Below the pieces are notes generated by a model. That model worked only from the letters and a program-made list of their open reading frames with translations. It made no database searches and was not told the DNA's origin. Below, piece after piece: positions 1-8,775 of a stretch of 34,894 bases of DNA. Made by a program: the position numbers and the translations under genes. Position 1 is the stretch's first letter; each line of letters starts with the position of its first letter. Source of the DNA: a virus (lineage: Duplodnaviria > Caudoviricetes). Location: IMG/VR virus record IMGVR_UViG_3300022741_000079, positions 1 to 34,894 of that record, one strand, 5' to 3'.

Positions 1-918
1 CAGACGCTGCGCCAGCGTGGCGCGGTTGTCCTTCAGAAGACGGGCGGCAGCATCCGCAGCCGCTTCGGCATTCTTGGCATCTGTCAGGCGGTAGGCCTTT
101 GCGGTATCCGGCATGAACTGGAAAAGACCCGCCGCGCCGCTTTTCGGGTTCACGGCATCGGGCTTTCCGGCGCTTTCCAGCATGGCAATGCGCGCCAGAA
201 CGAGGCCGTCAACGCCGTGCTTCGCCCCTGCCTTACCGGCAACCTCCAGCAGCGCCTTTTGCGGCCCCGGCTTGGCGGTCAGCAGGCGGATCTGTTCCTC
301 CAGCGGGCGCATCTGGATGCGGTCCGTGGCATAGCTTTCAACGTACTTCATGCGGGTGCTTGCCGCTTCCTCGGCCCCCATATACCCGCGCTGCATGGCG
401 GCGCCGATCAGTTCGGAGGCATTGCCGAGCAAGGCAATACTGTCCGCATCGCTCCCGCTCAGTGCGGCTGTCCGGTTGCGCTCCAGCTGCTCCAGCAGCG
501 TGGCCCGCCCGAAATCCTTTTCCTTGGCGCGGCGCTTGGCCTGCACGGTCGCCATGCCGCGCGCGGTCATCACGCCCATGTCCAGCTCGAACTGTTCGCG
601 CAGGCGCGGGTCGGAAATCAGGTTCAGCGCTTCCTGCCGTGCCTGATTAAGGCGCGTGCCATATCGCTGCTCGTAGGTCTGGAAATCGTTGTCCTCGTCC
701 AGCGCGCTCTCGGCCTCGATGCTGGCCGTCAGGACATGCGCCTTGGCGCGTTCGTAGTCGAACTTGCTCTGCTGGAGAATGTCGTCATCTGCCCTGTCGG
801 ACATTCTTTTGCCCACAGCGGCCATCGTGCGGCCGATGTCGCTTTGCGCCGCGGAAACGATGCCGCGCTGCGGTGTCGGTGTAGGACGGCGATCAGACGC
901 GTCAGGAAGTCTTGGCAT
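1..918 (-). CDS. Internal virion (ejection) protein with lytic transglycosylase (SLT) domain; 3' end runs off the window
   Basis: Not in the ORF track because it has no stop in the window. Manual translation from ATG 918: MPRLPDAS...ARIAMLESAGKPDAVNPKSGAAGLFQFMPDTA, which has the SLT catalytic ES and GLFQ motifs. Lies directly after the gp14-like gene. Confidence 0.85.
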   Translation of the reverse strand, partial: MPRLPDASDRRPTPTPQRGIVSAAQSDIGRTMAAVGKRMSDRADDDILQQSKFDYERAKAHVLTASIEAESALDEDNDFQTYEQRYGTRLNQARQEALNLISDPRLREQFELDMGVMTARGMATVQAKRRAKEKDFGRATLLEQLERNRTAALSGSDADSIALLGNASELIGAAMQRGYMGAEEAASTRMKYVESYATDRIQMRPLEEQIRLLTAKPGPQKALLEVAGKAGAKHGVDGLVLARIAMLESAGKPDAVNPKSGAAGLFQFMPDTAKAYRLTDAKNAEAAADAAARLLKDNRATLAQRL

Positions 919-921
919 CCC

Positions 922-1566
922 TTACCTCCCGAAACGTTTACGCATGGACGACGAGCCATCAATGATGGTGCCGGCGGCCCCCATCAGGCCAGATGTCAAG
1001 GCGAAGCGGCCTTGACGGCGGCGCTCCCTCGCTCCGGTCAGCAGGCCGCGGGCGCGGTCTTCGCCCTCCCAGAGGGTATTCAAGGCGCGGTATTCGCCGT
1101 CCTCTTCGATGTCGCCGATGACATCGACCACGGTCGGATCGACTGCGCCGCCACCGGACGCGGCGGAAACCGCCTGCGCGCGGGATTGCAGCAGCTGCGT
1201 CTGGCGGCGCTCTTCACGGGCGCGGCGCTGCGAGGCAGCCCTTTCTTGCCCCGCTTGCACCTCCATCTGTTTGGATTCGAAATCGGCCCCGCGCTTCGCG
1301 TTGACCGCATCAAGCGCCGTGCCTCCAGCCTGCAGGATGGTGCCAGCCGTTCTGGCGGCGTTCAAAACCTGCGCCGTGGTCGCCGCGGCGCCACCAACGG
1401 CGGAGGCCACGCCCATGTCGGTAATTGCCTTGGCGGCAAGACTTGTCGCCGTCTTCGCAACGGCGGAGCCTGCCAAAAGACTGCCGCTGCTGACCACGCT
1501 GCCAAGGCTGGCGTTGACGGCCGCTGTCGTTCCCGCCTTTGCGGCAAGCCCCAGCATCAATTCCAT
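922..1566 (-). CDS. Internal virion protein (T7 gp14-like ejection protein)
   Basis: Ala/Gly-rich 214 aa with a QAVSAASGG motif; position between the GNAT-like gene and the SLT protein. Confidence 0.7.
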   Translation of the reverse strand: MELMLGLAAKAGTTAAVNASLGSVVSSGSLLAGSAVAKTATSLAAKAITDMGVASAVGGAAATTAQVLNAARTAGTILQAGGTALDAVNAKRGADFESKQMEVQAGQERAASQRRAREERRQTQLLQSRAQAVSAASGGGAVDPTVVDVIGDIEEDGEYRALNTLWEGEDRARGLLTGARERRRQGRFALTSGLMGAAGTIIDGSSSMRKRFGR

Positions 1567-1916
1567 TGATAGATATCCCCCTCAAGAGACGGTTGAAGAA
1601 GCCTGAACCCGAGGCTGCGCAGAAACTTGCCAGCCCGCGGCAGTTCAGGGTTTGCCCGCGCGACCAGCGGCAGGCGGTGTTTTTGCATTTCGGCGAACAG
1701 CCGGCGCGCTTCGCGCAGGATGAGCCTTGTCGGCAGGCCGTGGTTTTCCTTCATCACGGAAAACGCATAGGTGTAGCCCGGCTCCAGCGCATATCCCGCC
1801 AGCGCCACAAGCTGCCCGTCGGCCTCGGCAGCCCATGCGCGGCACGTCCGCGGCCAGGTCTCCCCGTGGAACGCCATGAAGTCCTCCCGCGTGGCGGGCC
1901 GGATCTTGACCTCCAT
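1557..1916 (-). CDS. GNAT-fold protein (T7 gp13-like internal virion protein A position)
   Basis: IRPATRED N-terminus, FLRSLGF C-terminal motif; directly after tail tubular B. Confidence 0.65.
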   Translation of the reverse strand: MEVKIRPATREDFMAFHGETWPRTCRAWAAEADGQLVALAGYALEPGYTYAFSVMKENHGLPTRLILREARRLFAEMQKHRLPLVARANPELPRAGKFLRSLGFRLLQPSLEGDIYQWN

Positions 1917-1919
1917 GGC

Positions 1920-4604
1920 TTACCCTTTGTCGTTTGCCGTAATATTCAGAACGACGCCCGTCACCGTGCACGGATATGGCGCTTCCATCTGAAGGCAGAG
2001 GCGCGGATCCGTGCCCCATTCGCCCGCAAACTCGAACATATCGGTTTCGTAGTCGCTGTAGATCGTGTCCTGCTCGACCGGCGCGCCTTGATACACCTGC
2101 GGCAGGTCGTCCAGCTTGTCGAAGTTCGGCCCGTATTTGAGGCCAAGATGGTGCGTGTCGATCAGGATCAGCCCCATCTGGTTGACTTTCTTGCGCTGCG
2201 TCAGCGCCGTGCCCATCATGGCCGCATAGGCCAGCTTGGCGCTTTTGAACCGCCCGCGATAATACAGCCCGACCACCGCCTTGCTGACCGCCGCAGGCAG
2301 CGTGATGGCGCCGGCCGTGACCGTGAACACGCCGGCGATCCTGCGGCCGTCGGCCCAGACGATGACATTCCGGCCTTCCAGATGGCCCAGCCCCGTGATG
2401 GTGTTCGTCGCCGCGCCATCGTAAACGATATGACTGTCGACGAGCTTGCTGATAAGCCCGCCGCGGCACTCGGACGTTTTCGCGCAGCGTTCCAGATACC
2501 GCACCGTATTGCCGTTGACCGTGCGGCGCACGGTGTAATAGACCAAATCCTCACCCGCCCCCGGCAGGATGACGACGTCCTCGATGAAGCCGTCCATTTC
2601 GATTTCGATCCAGCACAGGACGTTTTCTGCTGCATCCTTGACCAGCACCGCGGCCTTGCCGTCGGCGCGGACGCAGTGAATGCGCGTGTCTGGATTGCGC
2701 TGAACGCCAAGGCGCACAAGGCCCGGCTCCCCGATTTCCGGCACCGCCTGCATCAGGTCGCCCTCGTCGGTCATGTAATCGCCAGTCTCGACCGCATAGC
2801 GGGTTTCGTACAGCTTGTCGCCAGAGCGCCCGACGAAGATGCCGGACGAATCCAGTTTGACCGCCGCAATCGGCGCGGAGCCCCGACCGGAAGGCGACTT
2901 GATATTGAACAGCGTCGGCGTGACAGGCTCGTCCAGCGAGGACGAGCGGATGACGTGTTCACCCCCCGGCGCGCCCACCACCAAACGCATGAGGGCCAGA
3001 ACCCAGTTAAGATCCTCCGCGTTGCTGGCCGCGATACTGCGGTTGATCGGCCCGCTGTCACCCTCGACGTCAGGGTCATGGCTTTCGTAGGCATCCGACA
3101 CCGACGCCTGCACCTTGCCGTAACCCACATGCCACAGCCGCCCCTCGTCCAGAACGGGCGCTTGCGGCCAGCCGCGCAGGTCAGACCATTCGCCTTCGCG
3201 CCAGTCAGAGGTTGACGCCGTACCGCCCAGCGTCTTGAGCACAACGGCGCTGACGCTGGTTTCGCTACTGTAGGCCGTCACCCGTGCCACGCCGGTGATG
3301 CCGCCGGCAGGGTATTCCAGCGAGACGTCGGCCTGTCCGCTCGTGAACTCGCCCGTGGCAATCCCGATGCGGTAATAGACAATCTGGTTGGCAAGGCCGT
3401 CGTTATACGTCGTATCGACGTTGCCCGCCCATTGCCGGCCGGAGACGTTCACCCAAGCGCCCGGCTCGTCGAGCGAACGCTGCAAACGGACGGTACCCGC
3501 CCATGTGCCCGCGATCTTGATATTGAACGTCCGCTGCGCGGAGCCTTGACCGACCACACGGATAGGCTGCGACCATTGCCCTTCGCCCGTAATTGCGGCT
3601 TCGACCAGCTGCCCGACGGACGTGATCTGGAACAGCGCCCCGACATGCCCAGCCTTGAACAGCGGGCGGGATGCTGTCAGCGTGATGTCCCCGCTGATGG
3701 CTGAGGGCGTGATGCGCGTCACGCTGGTGTTTTCCACGCGGAACGGCCCGTCCTCCGGCTCGAACAGCACCACGGACCAAGACCGGCCGCTGCCGCGGCG
3801 CTCTATCTTGCGCGGGCGGTAGCCTTTGCAATCGGCATAAATGACGTCTCTCGACTGGTCGATGCGGATAAGGCCCATATCGGCCTCGACCCAAGGTGTC
3901 GGCAGCTCCATCACCCCTGCCGCTTCGATCGTGCAGCTGTCCACGATGACCGTATAGCGGCGCAGACTCGAGAACCTGATCCAGAAATTCCCCGTCGGCG
4001 TAAAGGCCAGCGAATGCGTGCCCGTGCCCAGCGATGTTTCGCGGACGTATTCATCTCCGCCGTCGGTCGAACCCACACGGAGCGTCACAGGCCCGCGCTC
4101 GACCACGATGCGCAGCGCGTGTTCCTTGTTCTGGTCACCCGCCGCGACCGTCACCTGCTGCTTGCGGATCGCCGCCGCGAAGCCGGAGCCGACCAGATTG
4201 AGCTTGCCGCCCGTGATGGTGGACGTGCTGCCGGCTTCATCCGCATCCGTCCAGCCCGTGTCCGCGCTGAACTCGCCGGACGTGACGGCCGTCGAAACCG
4301 CCACACGGCTGATCACCGCCTCGTTTATCTTGACGCGCATGGTCTGGCCCGTCAGCTCGATGATCGCCATATCCGTGGGCGAAAAGATGAACGGCAGGTG
4401 ATAGGCCTTGGCGTTGTTTCGCGTGGCGCCGGTATAAGCAAAGCCCGGGCGCAGGGATGCCGCACCCAGCACGCGCGGCATGATGTTCGTCTGTTCTTCC
4501 CCGCCATAGCGGATGCGGTTGCCTTCGAGGTCGTCCCTGCCCAGCGCCAGACGGCTGACCTTGCCACGGTTCAGGGCGGCGATAAGAACATTGGCCTTAC
4601 CCAT
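1920..4604 (-). CDS. Tail tubular protein B (nozzle, T7 gp12-like)
   Basis: 894 aa; N-terminal NRGKVS...NIMPRVLGAASLRPGF, GWPQAPVLDEGRLW, C-terminal APYPCTVTGV; follows tubular A. Confidence 0.85.
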   Translation of the reverse strand: MGKANVLIAALNRGKVSRLALGRDDLEGNRIRYGGEEQTNIMPRVLGAASLRPGFAYTGATRNNAKAYHLPFIFSPTDMAIIELTGQTMRVKINEAVISRVAVSTAVTSGEFSADTGWTDADEAGSTSTITGGKLNLVGSGFAAAIRKQQVTVAAGDQNKEHALRIVVERGPVTLRVGSTDGGDEYVRETSLGTGTHSLAFTPTGNFWIRFSSLRRYTVIVDSCTIEAAGVMELPTPWVEADMGLIRIDQSRDVIYADCKGYRPRKIERRGSGRSWSVVLFEPEDGPFRVENTSVTRITPSAISGDITLTASRPLFKAGHVGALFQITSVGQLVEAAITGEGQWSQPIRVVGQGSAQRTFNIKIAGTWAGTVRLQRSLDEPGAWVNVSGRQWAGNVDTTYNDGLANQIVYYRIGIATGEFTSGQADVSLEYPAGGITGVARVTAYSSETSVSAVVLKTLGGTASTSDWREGEWSDLRGWPQAPVLDEGRLWHVGYGKVQASVSDAYESHDPDVEGDSGPINRSIAASNAEDLNWVLALMRLVVGAPGGEHVIRSSSLDEPVTPTLFNIKSPSGRGSAPIAAVKLDSSGIFVGRSGDKLYETRYAVETGDYMTDEGDLMQAVPEIGEPGLVRLGVQRNPDTRIHCVRADGKAAVLVKDAAENVLCWIEIEMDGFIEDVVILPGAGEDLVYYTVRRTVNGNTVRYLERCAKTSECRGGLISKLVDSHIVYDGAATNTITGLGHLEGRNVIVWADGRRIAGVFTVTAGAITLPAAVSKAVVGLYYRGRFKSAKLAYAAMMGTALTQRKKVNQMGLILIDTHHLGLKYGPNFDKLDDLPQVYQGAPVEQDTIYSDYETDMFEFAGEWGTDPRLCLQMEAPYPCTVTGVVLNITANDKG

Positions 4605-5230
4605 CAGCGGCCCTCGCCGCGGTCATAGAACCGCCCTCCGCGGCGGGCATTCGCCCAGCTGCCAGACGGACGGAACTGCGCGCCCTGATTGCGGGCGTCC
4701 TTCATGCGGGCATCGGACAGCGCGCGGCGCTCGTCGCGCTTGAGGGTTTCCGTATCCGTGGCCGCATTCGTCAGTCGCTTGTGGATACGCTTCGCCAGCG
4801 AGTGCTCGACCCAGTTGGTATAGGATTCCGGCCACTTCGACAGGTTGAGGCCATAGGCCGGATCGTCGGAAACGTACTGGACATAAACGGGCTGCTGAGA
4901 GCAGAACCAATAACCCGCTTCGTCCGAATACTGCGTGATGGGGCTTTTGAAAAACTCGTCCGAGCAGAACGCCGCCGTGCGTACCCAGTCGGACGGTTTC
5001 TCATAAGCCAGCGGATGCCCGAAGTCAGGCTCCACGGAGGTGCTGGGCTCCAGCTTCACGCTGCGCATGGCGAAGTTCCAGTCGCCCTGCTCCAGACACC
5101 GCCGCAGGAAATCGCTGTCCCACACCTGATCCAAAACGCGGCGCGGCTCCCTGTTCTCCGTCAGGGTTGCCAGCGCGGATTCCCCGCACAGCAGCAGCGC
5201 GTTGTTGTAGATGGACAGCTTGTCGGGCAT
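4604..5230 (-). CDS. Tail tubular protein A (adaptor, T7 gp11-like)
   Basis: 208 aa, KLSIYNNALLLCGE...WNFA...YEKPSDWVR pattern; synteny. Confidence 0.85.
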   Translation of the reverse strand: MPDKLSIYNNALLLCGESALATLTENREPRRVLDQVWDSDFLRRCLEQGDWNFAMRSVKLEPSTSVEPDFGHPLAYEKPSDWVRTAAFCSDEFFKSPITQYSDEAGYWFCSQQPVYVQYVSDDPAYGLNLSKWPESYTNWVEHSLAKRIHKRLTNAATDTETLKRDERRALSDARMKDARNQGAQFRPSGSWANARRGGRFYDRGEGR

Positions 5231-5242
5231 GGACCTGACCCC

Positions 5243-5683
5243 TTACGCAGCCTGTTTGGTGAGGAAGTCTTGCAGCCATGCCTCGGCATCCGCTTTCTTC
5301 TGGATGCCTTCGGCCATGACTTCGCCGTCGGAGCGCACGACGCGGTGCTTCACCGCGACGCCGCCCCACTCGATCTTGTAATCCGGATGGATCTGGGCTT
5401 CGGGGGCGTCTTTCTTGGCCGCTTTGCCTTCCAGATCCACGTGGCGCAGCAGCTTGACCGTGGCGAATTGCTTTCCGGCCGTGATGACCAGCAGTTCGGC
5501 GTAGAAGCTGCCGTCCTCGGGGATAACTTCGATGGTGTCGAAAGACGCGAGGTGCGCCGCGACGTGACTCCAGAACTCGGGCTTCTGGATGTCCTCAAGC
5601 GTCGTTCCATGCTCCGGCGACACGCGGAATTCGTTGCGCTTGTAATCCGCCAGCTTGAAACGGGAAGAAGGGAGTTTTTTCAT
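5243..5683 (-). CDS. Hypothetical phage protein (late operon)
   Basis: 146 aa with RBS; co-oriented between capsid and tail genes. Confidence 0.7.
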   Translation of the reverse strand: MKKLPSSRFKLADYKRNEFRVSPEHGTTLEDIQKPEFWSHVAAHLASFDTIEVIPEDGSFYAELLVITAGKQFATVKLLRHVDLEGKAAKKDAPEAQIHPDYKIEWGGVAVKHRVVRSDGEVMAEGIQKKADAEAWLQDFLTKQAA

Positions 5684-5711
5684 ATCGGCTTGTCCTTGGG
5701 TAAAGGAGGGA

Positions 5712-5747
5712 AAGAAAAAGCCCCCGACCTGCGCCGGGGGCTTTCTT
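5712..5747 (-). terminator. Intrinsic terminator, possibly bidirectional
   Basis: AAGCCCCCG(5718-5726)/CGGGGGCTT(5735-5743) stem with A- and T-rich flanks. Confidence 0.7.
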
Positions 5748-5774
5748 GGGGTAGATCAGGCAGTCAATCAGCGA

Positions 5775-6059
5775 TTAATCGCTGTTGGTGCCGTGGGTCG
5801 CACCGGCGTTCGACAGATTGGCGGAGCCGTCCGCGTTAATGGCCATCACCGTATGGGTGGTCATAGTCCGCGGCGTTGCATCGGTCTTGTAGACGTAGAG
5901 GATATCGTCCACGCGCAGACCGCGCTCTTTCGCGTCGGAGATATAGCCGTTCGCATCGACATCAGCCGCCGCATCGGTCGATTTGTACGACCACATCGCC
6001 GGCGTGTTTCCGTTCAGGGACGGCACAATGCAGTGAAGGTTGGCAGGGATATAAGACAT
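5775..6059 (-). CDS. Small capsid-associated (decoration/cement-like) protein
   Basis: 94 aa directly after the major capsid gene; YKSTDAAADVDANGYISDA...LRVDDILYV. Confidence 0.6.
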   Translation of the reverse strand: MSYIPANLHCIVPSLNGNTPAMWSYKSTDAAADVDANGYISDAKERGLRVDDILYVYKTDATPRTMTTHTVMAINADGSANLSNAGATHGTNSD

Positions 6060-6089
6060 GGGAGTGACCTTTCGTTTTGAAAAGGCTGT

Positions 6090-6127
6090 TGAAAAGGAGA
6101 AGGGGACGGCCGTTAAGCCGCCCCCTG
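6090..6127 (-). terminator. Probable terminator after the major capsid gene
   Basis: Minus strand GGGGGCGGC-TTAACG-GCCGTCCCC followed by TTCTCCTTTT. Confidence 0.5.
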
Positions 6128-6152
6128 ATAGGCATCAGGCCCGCGTCAGGCC

Positions 6153-6989
6153 TTAGGCCGCGAACGCAGAACCGTCGTGGTTGCCGATGACGATACCAGC
6201 GTTCTGGAGCTTCGCGCCGCCCATGAAGATGGACGCGCGGGACCAGTAGTAATCGTCCTCTTCGTTGTAGCCCGCAAGGACGCTCATCTCGCCCGTATTG
6301 GCGGCATGACCGACAGCGTTGCGGTGATAGAAGAAGCACTTCTCGGCATTCGTTCCACGGCCCGGCAGGCGGGAGTGGAATATCCAGTTGAAGCCCGCCC
6401 AGCGGCGCATCTTGACCGCGGGGCCGGTAAAGGGCTTCACATCGACGTATTCCGCCGAAGAGAATTCCTTGACCTGTAGCAGATAGGCTTCAACCGCCGG
6501 CGTGGCGACCGCGAACATATTGTCCAGCTCGTCGGTATCCACTTCGGCGTTGCCGAGCATGGCGCGGATCTTGGCGACCCAAGCCAGCGAGGCGGTGACC
6601 GCAGCGCCGGTATTGACCGTGCCGGTGTTCAGGATCGAGATGATGTCCTGATCGATTTTGCGGTTCAGCACCTTGCGGGTGTTTTCCTGCATAATCCGGC
6701 GGCCGTCTCCCTGCGAGCCGAAGATGTTGAACTGCGTCTTGCGCGGCTTGTCGTGCCACTCTTTCAGGGTGGCCGTCGGCTGCGTCAGATTGTCCGTGCG
6801 GGCCGGGATCAGGCCGTTGACGCCGCGCGTGACGGCTTCCGCATCGCCGGTATCGGCGACGAGAAACACCGCCTCGTTACCCTTGATGACGGCTTCCGTG
6901 GTCACGGTGGCACGAAGGAAGGATTGTTTCTGTTCGAATCCGGCAATGAACTCCTGCCGGAACTGAGTTTGAAAGGCTGTGTCAGCCAT
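6153..6989 (-). CDS. Major capsid protein
   Basis: Start MADTAFQTQFRQEFIAGFEQKQSFLR at ATG 6989 with GGAG RBS; NRKIDQDII and WAGFNWIFHSRL motifs; follows the scaffold gene. Confidence 0.9.
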   Translation of the reverse strand: MADTAFQTQFRQEFIAGFEQKQSFLRATVTTEAVIKGNEAVFLVADTGDAEAVTRGVNGLIPARTDNLTQPTATLKEWHDKPRKTQFNIFGSQGDGRRIMQENTRKVLNRKIDQDIISILNTGTVNTGAAVTASLAWVAKIRAMLGNAEVDTDELDNMFAVATPAVEAYLLQVKEFSSAEYVDVKPFTGPAVKMRRWAGFNWIFHSRLPGRGTNAEKCFFYHRNAVGHAANTGEMSVLAGYNEEDDYYWSRASIFMGGAKLQNAGIVIGNHDGSAFAA

Positions 6990-7029
6990 GGCTACTTCTC
7001 CATTTGGTTGAGACACCTCCCACAGGCGC

Positions 7030-7180
7030 GGCAAAGATTGTCCCTTCGGCGGCCGGCAGATTGTCCACGGGGGATCTGCCGGACGTGCCGTCCGGATCTG
7101 TTGAAGCGTTCCGTTGGTCGGATGTTAAAAGGGTTCCGGCGGGGAAAGGATTGTCTGCCGTGCCGGAGGGAAGGCAGATC
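7030..7180 (-). promoter_or_regulatory. Structured 5' leader of the capsid gene with three GACAATC motifs
   Basis: GATTGTC (plus strand) at 7036, 7059 and 7149; two of these sit in bulged hairpins. Confidence 0.5.
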
Positions 7181-7194
7181 CGTTGTAAAAGGTC

Positions 7195-8178
7195 TTAGGC
7201 GCTTTTCTGCTTGAGCTTGTCCTGCAAGGCATAAAGCTCGCGCGCGCGCTTCTGCTTCTCGGGCGATTTCCAGTATTCTTCCGAACCGACATTAAGGCTC
7301 TTCAGCTCGTCCTCGATCGATTTGGCCGGATTGCTGGAGCCCGGGAAGGCCGTGATGGCGGGGTTTGCTTCACGCGCCAGCTGGGCGAGGAAGCGGACGC
7401 CGGCAGCATTACCGAGCAGCTTGGTGCCGTCAGCCAGGCGCGCACCGATGAGGTTGTCGCGGAATTCCTCCGGCAGGGTATCCAGATAGGCCGCGATGGC
7501 GTTCTGGTTGCGCTTGTACTCCGGCCCCCATTCGCCGCGCAGCTCCTCGACGGTGGCCGACAGGGTATTGCTGTCTGCTTCCGCCATGGCGGCACGGTGG
7601 TTTTCCTGCAGCTTGAAATACGTGCCGAGCGCTGCCTGAACGACCGCAGGCGGCGCGTTCGTGGCGTGCATAGCCTTCAGGACCTCGTCCACAATCGGCT
7701 TGTCGTCCTCGCCGATGACAAGGCCGTCCGGCAGGGCGGTATCGTATTCCTCCCACTTGGCAGGGATGCCGTTTTCCTTGCGCCATTCGGCGATCTGCTC
7801 TTCGGTCGCGTTATCCGGCAGGGCCGTGGCTTTCTTGTATTCGCCCGAGGTCAGCTTCTGCTGCAGCGCACGGTGCGCCTTGTAAACGTCGGCAGGGGAC
7901 GTGAAGGTCTCCAGCTGCTTCAGCAGCTTGGCATCGCCGCCGGCCATCTTCTGGCGCCAGTCGTCCGGCCAGTCCGCAGGGCCTTGCTTGCCGTCCACGT
8001 CCTTATCCAGAACGGTACCGGTGCCGGCTTTCGCGTCTTGGCCACCCTGCTGCTGGCCATCGGTCTGGGCCTGCTGCTGCGTGGCATCAACCTTTTGCGC
8101 AGGCTGACCGCCCTGCTGGGCTGCCTGTCCTCCGACGTTCTGGGTGGTATCCGTGGTTTGCGTGGTCTGGTCGGTCAT
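7195..8178 (-). CDS. Capsid assembly scaffolding protein
   Basis: 327 aa; Q/T-rich flexible N-terminus, WPDDWR, LRGEWGPEY motifs; directly upstream of the capsid gene. Confidence 0.8.
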   Translation of the reverse strand: MTDQTTQTTDTTQNVGGQAAQQGGQPAQKVDATQQQAQTDGQQQGGQDAKAGTGTVLDKDVDGKQGPADWPDDWRQKMAGGDAKLLKQLETFTSPADVYKAHRALQQKLTSGEYKKATALPDNATEEQIAEWRKENGIPAKWEEYDTALPDGLVIGEDDKPIVDEVLKAMHATNAPPAVVQAALGTYFKLQENHRAAMAEADSNTLSATVEELRGEWGPEYKRNQNAIAAYLDTLPEEFRDNLIGARLADGTKLLGNAAGVRFLAQLAREANPAITAFPGSSNPAKSIEDELKSLNVGSEEYWKSPEKQKRARELYALQDKLKQKSA

Positions 8179-8504
8179 GTCGGTTCCTTCTTTGTTTTCC
8201 GAAAGGCTGAAAGGTTGATGTTCACAAGCTTGACGACCTGCAGGCCGATGGAGCGCTTGCCGCAGGCATAAGCCGTGTCGCGGTCGCCCTCTGACCCACC
8301 GGGCCGGAATGGTTCGTCATAGGTGCCGCAGGCCTCGATCAGCCATTTCAAGGCCCGCGTCTGTTGTTCGGGTGTCGCCTGCCCCTCGGCCAGCATCTGG
8401 AACGCTTTCGCGTCCGGCAGGTCCCACGGATGCGGGATCATCGGCGAAGGCGCTTCGACCTTCCCGCTGGGCTTGACGGGTTTTTCAGTCTTCACGGCCA
8501 GCAT
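8175..8504 (-). CDS. Conserved podovirus protein between portal and scaffold (Bbp19-like)
   Basis: DRDTAYACGKRSIGLQVV motif; ATG 8504 chosen as start. Confidence 0.65.
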   Translation of the reverse strand: MLAVKTEKPVKPSGKVEAPSPMIPHPWDLPDAKAFQMLAEGQATPEQQTRALKWLIEACGTYDEPFRPGGSEGDRDTAYACGKRSIGLQVVKLVNINLSAFRKTKKEPT

Positions 8505-8775
8505 CCATAATTCGGACAGACAGCCACGAGCACGCGCCACTGAGCAGAAGCGGGTTGTCCTGCCCGGCCATGGAAAAGGCCGTGGTGACACCCCCGTCTT
8601 GCAACGTGGCTGCGATGGCGACGCTTTGCATCTCTCCGGCGCGGGCGCTTTTCAGCGCCTGTTCCAGATACGCGACGGCCTCATAGTTCGGCGGCAAGCG
8701 CTTCGCGCGGAATACCCGCAGCTCCGCGCCGCCGTGCTTCAGTTTGACCTTGCCGAGGTAGCTGCCAATCGTCAT
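8485..8775 (-). CDS. Hypothetical protein, 96 aa
   Basis: ATG 8775 overlaps the portal stop (ATGA); LEQALKSARAGEMQSVAIA. Confidence 0.65.
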   Translation of the reverse strand: MTIGSYLGKVKLKHGGAELRVFRAKRLPPNYEAVAYLEQALKSARAGEMQSVAIAATLQDGGVTTAFSMAGQDNPLLLSGACSWLSVRIMDAGRED

